A stretch of 64,000 nucleotides of DNA from Desulfurococcaceae archaeon (lineage in GTDB: Archaea; Thermoproteota; Thermoprotei_A; Sulfolobales; Desulfurococcaceae): contig JBEULI010000029.1 of assembly GCA_041287395.1 (NCBI GenBank), forward strand, positions 4,837-68,836, read 5' to 3'. The notes beneath the pieces were generated by a model. It had not been told where the DNA came from. It saw only the letters and a list, made by a program, of their open reading frames with translations, and made no database searches. The translations under genes and the position numbers were made by a program. This document shows, piece after piece, positions 1 through 8,155 of the stretch (within the stretch, counting starts at the first letter, position 1; every line of letters begins with the position of its first letter).

Positions 1-851
1 ATCAGCCCGGTGCGGCTCAGCCTGCAGGGAATTACCCAGAGGCCTCTCGCCCCCAAGGCTTCGCGGACCTCGTCGACGAACTCGTCCTCGGCCCACAGGA
101 CCAGTAGGTTCTTTTTAACGAAGTAGCTGACGACGCCCCTAAGCCCTTCCAGGGCTTTGAACGCCGTGGTGTAATTGAACAGCGTTGCCGTGAAGCGGCG
201 CGAGATCTCGAAGAACCTCTCCAGCGTGGGCTCCTCCAGGAACTCTTGGAGGGCCTCGGCGCCTGCGCTCAGCGCACGCCCATCCATTCTGTCGAGCATC
301 TCCTTGGTCGAGATCCTGGTGCCCAGGTCGACGAGGAGGAGCGAGGGATCTTCGCTCACAACGATTCTCTGGGCCTCGCCCACGCCGGGAGGGCCGGGCC
401 TGGTCCTGACCACGAGGCCTCCGAGGTATTCCGCCATAACGTCCCCCAGCCCGGTGCCGTTGAGAACCTCGGCCTCGTGGGCGGGCCACGTAGCCCTGTG
501 GTCGATGTATCGCCTGGTGATCAGGCTCGCGAGGGAGCTTAGGGCTAGCGACAGCGCCGCCGAGACTCCAGCGCCCAGGCCAAGGCCAACGCTGGTCCGC
601 GCCCCAATGGAGAGGTCAATGCCGTGGCGCGCGCATATGTGCGTTGCGTGGCTGGCCAGCGATGAGCTCCCGTTGACGTAGATCCCGCACGTTCCAACGG
701 CCTTGGCCCAGGCGACGAGGTGGGGGACGATCGTTATGCCTGCGCCAACGCTGCCAGTGCTAAGGACGTCGGGGCCGCGGCGGGGGACCCAGAAGCCGGA
801 AATGTGGAGGGGGACGAAAACTCTCGGCGACCTTCCTATGGTCGTGCTCAA
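1..851 (-). CDS. pantoate kinase (archaeal GHMP-family PoK), C-terminus cut by window edge
   Basis: Not in the ORF track because it runs off the window. My reverse-strand translation is open from ~851 to 1. It contains RVFVPLHISGFWVP (PoK-like N-terminal motif), GLGLGAGVSAALSLAL (GHMP motif-II-like) and AHEAEVLNGTGLGDVMAEYLGG. The candidate TTG start at 851 overlaps the apgM stop (TTGA). It sits next to panB and panE. Confidence 0.6.
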   Translation of the reverse strand, partial: MSTTIGRSPRVFVPLHISGFWVPRRGPDVLSTGSVGAGITIVPHLVAWAKAVGTCGIYVNGSSSLASHATHICARHGIDLSIGARTSVGLGLGAGVSAALSLALSSLASLITRRYIDHRATWPAHEAEVLNGTGLGDVMAEYLGGLVVRTRPGPPGVGEAQRIVVSEDPSLLLVDLGTRISTKEMLDRMDGRALSAGAEALQEFLEEPTLERFFEISRRFTATLFNYTTAFKALEGLRGVVSYFVKKNLLVLWAEDEFVDEVREALGARGLWVIPCRLSRTGL

Positions 852-2134
852 CCCCTGAGGAACCTCGCGTGGATGTCGGGCAACAAGAGCCAGCCGTGTT
901 CGTACAGGCCAAGCCTTCCCTTGATACACTCCCTCTCTGTGAACGCCTTCGTGTAGTCAGGCTGAACCCCTGGCGCATTAAACGCTATGGGGACAGGGTC
1001 GTCTGTATGTGCCCCAACGCTGGGCGGGGTCGCGTGATCGGCGGTAACGAGGATTGCCAGGTCGCTGGGCCTGTTTTCTAGGAGGGGTTGCACGAAGTAC
1101 TTGTCAATTTCCTCTATTCTCTTCTTCTTGAGCTCGAAGTCCTTGTCGTGCCCAGGTTCGTCGGGGCCCTTGAGGTGCACGTATATTATATCGTTTCGCA
1201 CTAAGGCCTTCAACGTCTTTTCGAGCCTTTCTTCGTAGTCTCTCCTGGGATCGCCCGTCGGGGGCTCCAGGATCACCGTCTCGGCTCCCAGCGCCCTGCC
1301 AATTCCGAGCTCAACGGGCATCTCGGCCAGAAGCGCGAACTTGCAGCCGTAAAGCTCGCCGAGAGGCCTCGCCTTGGGCAGCGAGCCGCCTGCGTCGCGC
1401 AAGAGGATCGCATTGGCCGGAGGAAGCCCTCTCGATGTCCTGGCCCTGTTCACCGGGTGAGAGCCCAGAATATCCATGGCCTTGTTAATGAACGCCGTGA
1501 CGAGCTCGCTGGTCACCCTGGCCTCACGCGTATTATCTAGCGGTACTGGGGGAGCTATGTATGGCTCGTAGTCTGGGACGGCAACGCTGAGGAGCCCCCT
1601 CCTCTTGTACGCCGGGTCTATGTTTTCAACGTTTGGCGACAGCCTCTCGGTCCTGCTACCTATCACCACGACGGCCCTGTGGCCAACTGTTGCCCTAACT
1701 ATGGCATAGCCCCCGTGGATCCCCAGCTCCATGCCGTCGAGCGCCTTGGCGAGCTCCTTCGCCTCCTCGCTGGTCAGGCTCCTGCCCACTCTCCTGTCAA
1801 TTATTTTCCTGGTCTCCGGGTCTATCGTCGCAAAGTTCGCCCTAAACGCGACCTCGTATCCCTCCCTAATCATTATGCCTGCTCCCGCGGCCTCGAGGGG
1901 TCCTCTACCCGTGTACACTTCGTGGGGATCGTAGCCGAGTATCGACAACACGGCCTCATCGCTTTCCGGGGCCACCCCCCTTCCGACGGTGTACATGGCG
2001 CCGCACACGCCGTACTTGGCGATCTCATCCAGGCCAGGCTTCACGGCCTTCTCGAGGGTTGTCACCGGGTCGGACAACCTGTCAGCTGCCCCGTCGATCA
2101 CCAGGTACAGCAGCTTATACCTCAATTGTGGCAC
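848..2134 (-). CDS. apgM: 2,3-bisphosphoglycerate-independent phosphoglycerate mutase, archaeal type
   Basis: 428-aa ORF. The N-terminus KLLYLVIDGAADR, the later ADHATPPSVGAHT block and the overall length match the archaeal ApgM/alkaline-phosphatase superfamily pattern. Confidence 0.9.
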   Translation of the reverse strand: MPQLRYKLLYLVIDGAADRLSDPVTTLEKAVKPGLDEIAKYGVCGAMYTVGRGVAPESDEAVLSILGYDPHEVYTGRGPLEAAGAGIMIREGYEVAFRANFATIDPETRKIIDRRVGRSLTSEEAKELAKALDGMELGIHGGYAIVRATVGHRAVVVIGSRTERLSPNVENIDPAYKRRGLLSVAVPDYEPYIAPPVPLDNTREARVTSELVTAFINKAMDILGSHPVNRARTSRGLPPANAILLRDAGGSLPKARPLGELYGCKFALLAEMPVELGIGRALGAETVILEPPTGDPRRDYEERLEKTLKALVRNDIIYVHLKGPDEPGHDKDFELKKKRIEEIDKYFVQPLLENRPSDLAILVTADHATPPSVGAHTDDPVPIAFNAPGVQPDYTKAFTERECIKGRLGLYEHGWLLLPDIHARFLRG

Positions 2135-2168
2135 CCCACACCCATACGCTAGGCCGTCCTAAAATCTA

Positions 2169-2981
2169 TCATTGCGCTGTTTCAGGGCCTTGGGGGAACG
2201 CGCCCGATCTGACGTCCCTGGCGTACGAGGTCACAGCGTCAACCACTAATTTCCTGAGGTCGACGTACTTCTTGGCAAACGGCGGGGGGCTCTCGGAGAG
2301 TCCTAGTACGTCGTGGAGGACGAGGATCTGGCCGTCACAGAACGGGCCGCTTCCTATGCATATAGTCGGTATCGAGACCTCCTCGGTGACCCTCTTGGCC
2401 ACCTCCCACTCAGTGAACTCGATGACTAGCGAGAACGCGCCCGCTCGCTCTAGCTCCCTTGCGTCCTCGACTATTTTTTCGGCCTCCTCGCGCTTTGTCC
2501 CCCTTTTCCTGTATCCTCCTATTAACAGCGCCCTCTGCGGGTTAAGCCCTATGTGGCCCATCACCGGTATCCCCGCCCTCGCCAGGGCCCTCACCACGTC
2601 GGACATCTCGGCTCCGCCCTCGATCTTGACCGCCTCAGCGCCGGCCCTGACGAGCGCTCCGGCGTTTCTGACGGCGTCGCTGACGTCGACCTCATAGCTT
2701 AGGAAGGGCATATCGGCCACTAGCAGTGCGGCAGTCCTCGCCCTGGCCGCGCTGCTGACGTGCAGCAGCATCATGTCCATGTTCACGTAGTTCGTGCTGG
2801 GTAACCCGTGGACGACCATGCCAACGCTGTCGCCCACCAATATCAGGTCCACTCCCGCCTCGTCGACTAGTCTGGCGGTGACGTAGTCGTACGCCGTAAT
2901 TGCTACTATTTTCTCGCGACCCTTCATCTTCACGATGTCCCGGACCGTGACCTTCTTCCTCAACTCTGCCGCCCACGTCAT
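2169..2981 (-). CDS. panB: 3-methyl-2-oxobutanoate hydroxymethyltransferase (ketopantoate hydroxymethyltransferase)
   Basis: 270 aa with ITAYDY, ILVGDSVGMVVHG, VADMPF and VKIEGG blocks typical of PanB. Confidence 0.95.
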   Translation of the reverse strand: MTWAAELRKKVTVRDIVKMKGREKIVAITAYDYVTARLVDEAGVDLILVGDSVGMVVHGLPSTNYVNMDMMLLHVSSAARARTAALLVADMPFLSYEVDVSDAVRNAGALVRAGAEAVKIEGGAEMSDVVRALARAGIPVMGHIGLNPQRALLIGGYRKRGTKREEAEKIVEDARELERAGAFSLVIEFTEWEVAKRVTEEVSIPTICIGSGPFCDGQILVLHDVLGLSESPPPFAKKYVDLRKLVVDAVTSYARDVRSGAFPQGPETAQ

Positions 2982-3065
2982 TGACGGATTTCCCTTCGTA
3001 CGTCCAAAATAAATGCAATGGCAACTTCAGCGCGTCGAAGCGCGAGGCACACTGGGCCCGTAAGC

Positions 3066-3983
3066 TCAGAGCGCTTCGAGGAGGTGCACGAGCTCTGCTA
3101 AGACCCTGTTGACGCTCCACTCCTTCCCACGTCTCCTGAGCACGCCAGCGACGAAGCCATTTATGAAGTCGATCTCCGTCCTGCGGCCGGCTAGAACGTC
3201 TTGGGCCATACTCGACAAGTTGTCGGCGGTTTGGGCAGCAGCGTCGAGCACGTGCTTGACCAGCCGATCCCTATCGAGCAGATATCCGCTGGCACTCGCC
3301 GCCTCGACGACCTCATCCACGATCGCCTCGACAAGCGCCCTGGCCCTCTCGTCGAGCACTATCTTATTCTTGGCCTTCGCTATGGCTGTGAGCGGATTTA
3401 TCACAGCATTAACCGCTAGCTTGAGCCACCTGTACAGGTCTACATCGCCCACCACCCTCACGTCGCAGCCGCCCCTCCTGAGCACCTCCGCCGCGCCGAT
3501 CAGCTCTGGCCAAGGACCTCTTGGCGAGCCGATCACCAGGGAACACGTCCCGTGAACCGCCACGTGGTCGACTGCCTTCTTCTCAGCTCCGAAGTAGACG
3601 ACGCCAGCGGCGACGTTGACGTGGGGAAGCGCCTCGGCGGCCGCCTCAAAGGCCCCGAAGCCGTTCTGTAACATCACGACGGAGGAGCGCGGGCCCGCAG
3701 ATCTCTTCATGAACTCGATCGTCGATGCGACGTCGTACGCCTTGACAGCGTTGAAGATGTGGTGGCACGAGACGTGGTGATCTGGCAGCGCTACCTCGAC
3801 GGGCACGAAGACCTCGCGGCCCTGGGCCTCGACCCTCACGTGTCTCTTTTCCCTCAGGGTCTCATACGTTCCCCTGCTTCTGACGATCAACAGAGGCGGC
3901 TCGGAGGACCCGGCGAACAGGTACATAGAGAGGGCATTCCCGACAGCTCCTGCGCCCACCACGCAGAACTCGGACGAAATCAA
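3066..3983 (-). CDS. panE: 2-dehydropantoate 2-reductase (ketopantoate reductase)
   Basis: 305 aa with an N-terminal Rossmann motif VVGAGAVGNAL, the ApbA/PanE length and a C-terminal helical domain (MAQDVLAGRRTEIDFINGFV). Lies beside panB. Confidence 0.85.
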   Translation of the reverse strand: MISSEFCVVGAGAVGNALSMYLFAGSSEPPLLIVRSRGTYETLREKRHVRVEAQGREVFVPVEVALPDHHVSCHHIFNAVKAYDVASTIEFMKRSAGPRSSVVMLQNGFGAFEAAAEALPHVNVAAGVVYFGAEKKAVDHVAVHGTCSLVIGSPRGPWPELIGAAEVLRRGGCDVRVVGDVDLYRWLKLAVNAVINPLTAIAKAKNKIVLDERARALVEAIVDEVVEAASASGYLLDRDRLVKHVLDAAAQTADNLSSMAQDVLAGRRTEIDFINGFVAGVLRRRGKEWSVNRVLAELVHLLEAL

Positions 3984-4882
3984 CGCCGGGTACCCCTTAT
4001 TGCGGCGTCCAAGGCCTTCTCGAGCCCCTCGAAGTCCCTCGCGAATATATAAATCACGGGCTCGAGGCCCCTCCCACCTCTGTCAGCAATCACCTCGGGG
4101 GCCTCCCTCGCTGCCGCGGATATTGAGCTCCAGAAATCCTCCTCGCTCTCGTGGGGCCCCGTCTCAACGACCCTATAGCCGGCACGCCTCAGGTTTTCGA
4201 GTACCTCCTCCAGGAATGCGATGACTATAGCAACCCTGTACCCCAACTCCTTCGGCATCTCCAGAAGAACTCTCGAGAGGTGGCGGCTGGCCCCGTACAT
4301 GGGCTCTCCCAGCGCCAGGATCCCTCCCTCGGCTTTCACTATCCTTCCCGTCAGGGCTATCACGTCTTCTGGGCCGCCGGGCTCGCGAGGCGCGTACACG
4401 ATGTTTGCTCCGACCTCTGGCACGAGCCGGGCATCCCTCAGCCTGCCGACGAGCCTCGTCACGAACGACCTATAAGCCTCGATGTCTGGGTCCGCCAGGG
4501 AACCCCTCGAGCATACGTCAGCGAGGGACTCGTAGCTGGCGCAGGCGATCCTCGTCGAGAGCCTGTTAACGACGTACATCGAGATGACGACGAACCTCGG
4601 GAAATCGTTCTTCAACGCGAAGGCCTTGAGCAGCGCAACGCAGTTCTCGACCTCTTCGCGGGCCACTCCGAGCCTCTCGAACTCGGCGAGGTAGTGCTCG
4701 CGCTTCTTCTTGAGATACCTGTTGATCAGGGGCTGGGTTACTCCGAGGATCTTCGATACCCTGTGCTGGCTAAGGCCTGCCCTGATCAGGTCGTGCGCTA
4801 GTATTGCCCTGAGAAGCGGGAGCACTTTTTTCGAGGCTATTTCATGGACGATCATCAGCGCTACCTTCGATCGTGGCGGCAC
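3980..4882 (-). CDS. HTH domain fused to a ThiN-like domain (ThiR-type regulator candidate)
   Basis: N-terminal HTH (GLSQHRVSKILGVTQPLINRYLKK) and a C-terminal ThiN-like block (PEVGANIVYA...LTGRIV...GASRHLSRVLL...VIADRGGRGLEPVIYIFA). The stop overlaps the panE start by 4 nt. The true start may be the ATG at 4855. Confidence 0.7.
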   Translation of the reverse strand: MPPRSKVALMIVHEIASKKVLPLLRAILAHDLIRAGLSQHRVSKILGVTQPLINRYLKKKREHYLAEFERLGVAREEVENCVALLKAFALKNDFPRFVVISMYVVNRLSTRIACASYESLADVCSRGSLADPDIEAYRSFVTRLVGRLRDARLVPEVGANIVYAPREPGGPEDVIALTGRIVKAEGGILALGEPMYGASRHLSRVLLEMPKELGYRVAIVIAFLEEVLENLRRAGYRVVETGPHESEEDFWSSISAAAREAPEVIADRGGRGLEPVIYIFARDFEGLEKALDAAIRGTRR

Positions 4883-5528
4883 TCGTGAGCTCCCTTGCCG
4901 TAACCTGCCTCGAAAGCTTGGCCGAGACCTTCTCGGCGAGGCCCACTATCTCCCTGAGGATCTTTAGCTCGGCTGAGAAGGCCTCCTCGTGCTCTTCCAT
5001 TTCGCCCATCACCTGGATGACCAGCGGTAGCTCCTCGAACGCAAGGCGTTTGAGGAATTTCCTGTCAGCGTCGCTGAGCCGTTGCTTGGAGTAAAGCCTC
5101 CTGAGGGCTTCCAACATCGACAGCGGCTCAAGGCTGCGGTACTTCACGAGGATCACGGATATCTTGGGATCGTCCCAGGCGCCGCCGGACAGCGCCTCCC
5201 TCACGGCGTCCTGATCGACGAACCTCCACCAGGTTTGGTTGCTCGAGACGTAGCTTTTATCTATAATTCCGTAGTCCCTTTCCATGATCCTCAGAAGGTT
5301 GGCCGGGTTATAGGAGATTCCCATTGAGAGGAGCCTGGCCACCAGGTGCTTATAGCTGAAGTCGCCAAGCCTGTGGTCCACGTTCGGATCCGTGGATACT
5401 TCAAAGGCTATTCTCAGTACTAGCTCCGCCCTCTCACCGTACTTGGCCAGGAACTCCCTGAGCGCGGCCCTCGTGTCCTTGACTATCACTACGAGGCGCC
5501 CCCTACGCCAATCAATGCGGCCAGGCAT
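4842..5528 (-). CDS. hypothetical protein (conserved-looking, cytoplasmic)
   Basis: 228-aa ORF with balanced amino-acid composition. It is first in the co-directional string ending at pantoate kinase. I recognised no motif. Confidence 0.5.
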   Translation of the reverse strand: MPGRIDWRRGRLVVIVKDTRAALREFLAKYGERAELVLRIAFEVSTDPNVDHRLGDFSYKHLVARLLSMGISYNPANLLRIMERDYGIIDKSYVSSNQTWWRFVDQDAVREALSGGAWDDPKISVILVKYRSLEPLSMLEALRRLYSKQRLSDADRKFLKRLAFEELPLVIQVMGEMEEHEEAFSAELKILREIVGLAEKVSAKLSRQVTARELTSAATIEGSADDRP

Positions 5529-5594
5529 TTATAAGTTGGCCTGGATCTCACAAGGTGGCAGCCCTAAGGATTAAGTAATATGGGATAAATACCG

Positions 5595-6308
5595 ATGGGC
5601 AGCGTCCTTGAAGTGCGCTCGGTGGCCAAGACGTACGGCAAACGAAGGGTCCTGGACAACGTGAGCTTCGCCGTAGGGGAGGGCGAGGTGTTCGCCCTCG
5701 TCGGGCCGAACGGCGCTGGCAAGACGACCACGCTGAGAATAGTCGTGGGGCTCCTGAGGCCTGACTCCGGGGACGTGAGGATCCTGGGCCTCAACGCAGG
5801 GGAGGCGCGGCGCAGGAGGCTGGTGGGCTATCTTCCCGAGGAGGCAGATCTATACGCGAGGCTAACGGGGTACGAGCACGTGAGGCTCTACGCGAGGCTC
5901 TACGGGGTTGACGAGGACGAGGCCGTGGAGATCGCCAGGGAGATCTCCGGTCTCGGCGACGCGCTGGCCAGGCGCGCCGGCGAGTACAGCAAGGGGATGA
6001 AGAGGCGCCTCCTGGTGGCGCTGGCATTGCTCACGAGGCCCCGCCTGGCAGTCCTCGACGAGCCCACGAGCGGCCTGGACGTGCAGTCAAGCGTGAGGGT
6101 CAGGGAGCTGATCAGGGGGATCGCGCGCGGGACCGGGACGGCCGTCCTGTTGAGCAGCCACAACATGCTCGAGGTGGAACACGTGTGCGATCGTGTCGGC
6201 TTCATAAACAGGGGCAGGATAATCGAGGTCGGGACGCCCGAGGAAGTGCTCGAGAAGTACGGGGCTAGGGACCTCGAGGAGGCCTTCGTGAAGCTGGTCG
6301 GTGAGTGA
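5595..6308 (+). CDS. ABC transporter ATP-binding protein (ABC-2 exporter type)
   Basis: Walker A GPNGAGKTT, signature-like YSKGMKRRL, Walker B LAVLDEPTSGLD and an H-loop SSHNM. Confidence 0.9.
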   Translation: MGSVLEVRSVAKTYGKRRVLDNVSFAVGEGEVFALVGPNGAGKTTTLRIVVGLLRPDSGDVRILGLNAGEARRRRLVGYLPEEADLYARLTGYEHVRLYARLYGVDEDEAVEIAREISGLGDALARRAGEYSKGMKRRLLVALALLTRPRLAVLDEPTSGLDVQSSVRVRELIRGIARGTGTAVLLSSHNMLEVEHVCDRVGFINRGRIIEVGTPEEVLEKYGARDLEEAFVKLVGE

Positions 6309-7572
6309 TCCGTTGGCAGGCCTGAGGGTCCTGCTCTGGAAGGAATTGTTGGACCTGCTGAGGGACAGGAGAACCCTGGCAACTACGGTTCTGTTGCCCC
6401 TCATATCCTTGCCATCGATTGGGTTGGCGGTGCTCCTCATGTCAGCGGGCCAAACGGTCAACGCGTGCGTTATAGACATGGACAGAGGCACGTCGACGCT
6501 CCCCGACGGCGCCACGGTGTCGTCGAGCTGGCTGGCGGGCAACATCACTGAGGCCCTCAAGAGCTCTGGGGTCAACGTGGTCGCATGCTCGAACGCGGCG
6601 GAAGCCCTTGGGGAAGGCGGCGTAGATGTCCTGGTGGTGATCCCTTCCGGCTTCTCCGCCAACGTCACCAGCTTTGATCGGCAGGCACACATTGAAATCT
6701 ACAGGAGGGTCAACGTCGGACCAGCCATCAACGCCGAGGGAGTGGTTCGCGGAGTCGTTGCGTGGTTCTCGGGGATCGTGGCGCGCATGAAGGTGGCAGC
6801 GCTTGCCGAGAGCGCGGGGCTCTCCAAGTACGACCCAGAGGCGGTGCTGGACCCAGTGTCGGCGGGGACCACGATCCTCGTTGCCCCGGGCGGGGGCGTC
6901 GCAAGCCCCACGGAACAGTACAAGGTGCTGACGGCCAAAATTCTCGTCCTGGGCATAATGTTTGTCGTCACTCCCGCCTCCATGTACGTCATAGATGGCA
7001 TAGTTGGCGAGAGGGAGAGGAGGACCTTCGAGATGCTGTTGACCACTCCCGCAAGCCTTGGCGACATTGTGACAAGCAAGTTGCTGGTGGCTTCTATGTT
7101 GGGCCTGTTGGCCTCTGCAGCTGACGTCGCGGGCCTCATCGGCTACCTCGCGATCCTGGCCATCTCAGTGGGCGCCGGAGTGGAGGGCGCTCTGGATCCG
7201 GCGTTGTTGGCCCTGCATGCGGCCTCATCCTTCTTCACCACGCTCGTGTGCGTGGGGATGGCCCTCCCCTTCGTGTCCAGGGCCAGGGGGCTTCGCAGCG
7301 CGAGCAACGTGTCGAGCATCGTCACTAGCGTGGCCTCGGCCTCCTTCTTCACGGGCTTCTTTGTCGACTATCCCAAGCTGGAGTCCTCGGTCCTCCTGCC
7401 CCTTTACGCGTCGCCGTTCACGCACAGCATAATGGCAATACAATGCTACATATACGGCTCGATCCCGGACGCACTAGCGCACCTCGCGATACTCGTCGCG
7501 CTGTCCGGGGCTCTCTTGTTCGTGAGCTCTAGGACGATAAATGTCGAGAAACTTATAGCGGTCTCGCCATAG
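6301..7572 (+). CDS. ABC-2 family transporter permease
   Basis: 423 aa. One N-terminal TM, a large extracytoplasmic loop, then about 5 C-terminal TM segments (NatB/ABC-2 architecture). Overlaps the ATPase gene by 8 nt. Confidence 0.75.
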   Translation: MSDPLAGLRVLLWKELLDLLRDRRTLATTVLLPLISLPSIGLAVLLMSAGQTVNACVIDMDRGTSTLPDGATVSSSWLAGNITEALKSSGVNVVACSNAAEALGEGGVDVLVVIPSGFSANVTSFDRQAHIEIYRRVNVGPAINAEGVVRGVVAWFSGIVARMKVAALAESAGLSKYDPEAVLDPVSAGTTILVAPGGGVASPTEQYKVLTAKILVLGIMFVVTPASMYVIDGIVGERERRTFEMLLTTPASLGDIVTSKLLVASMLGLLASAADVAGLIGYLAILAISVGAGVEGALDPALLALHAASSFFTTLVCVGMALPFVSRARGLRSASNVSSIVTSVASASFFTGFFVDYPKLESSVLLPLYASPFTHSIMAIQCYIYGSIPDALAHLAILVALSGALLFVSSRTINVEKLIAVSP

Positions 7573-7657
7573 CCTAGGCCGGCGCCAGGAGGCCGGGCTC
7601 GCCAGATTTTTAACTCTTCGCGCTTAGACTACAGTGATCGCGCCAAGGTAGAGGGCC

Positions 7658-8155
7658 GTGCCCAAGCCATACTATAAGGTAGTGATGTATGCAGACGAGT
7701 CGGGGGTCCTGAGCGCAAGTGCTGTGAGGGAGAAGATGGGGATCGAGGCCTCTAGCCTTAAGAAGTACCTGAGGGCCTTGATGCGCGAGGGACTCATCGA
7801 GAGGCTTGAGGAGGACAAGTACGTGCTGACAGACCTCGGAAAGGCGCTGAAAAGGTCGCTGGAGAACCTGAGAGGGAACATCGGGGCGCCCAAGTACGTA
7901 GTGACGGATCCGTCAAGCAACAGGGAGGTGCCTCTGCAGTTCTCAAACTATAAGCAGCTCCTAGCGATCATAGAGAACGACCTTGTCGACAGAAGGCTCC
8001 TCGAGCAGCACCTACAGAGGGGCTACATAGCTGAGTGGGCAAGTAGTGGGCTAGGCGACGAGTTCCTCAGAATGTTGATCAGGGGCGGGGCCATCAAGAG
8101 CCTGGACGACCTAGCGAACTACATCAGGTCCATACTCAGCGTGATCGAAGCTTGA
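7658..8155 (+). CDS. winged-helix DNA-binding protein (putative regulator)
   Basis: 165 aa. The N-terminal wHTH-like segment is SASAVREKMGIEASSLKKYLRALMREGLIERLEEDKYVLTDLG. The stop overlaps the downstream start (TTGA). Confidence 0.6.
   Translation: MPKPYYKVVMYADESGVLSASAVREKMGIEASSLKKYLRALMREGLIERLEEDKYVLTDLGKALKRSLENLRGNIGAPKYVVTDPSSNREVPLQFSNYKQLLAIIENDLVDRRLLEQHLQRGYIAEWASSGLGDEFLRMLIRGGAIKSLDDLANYIRSILSVIEA

Noticed and set aside
4842-5528. Whether the 228-aa unknown at the head of the pantoate string is the missing archaeal phosphopantothenate synthetase.
   Set aside because: I could not find any of the PPS (DUF137) blocks I remember, such as the GRGEAFDYL-type motif, so I left it as hypothetical.
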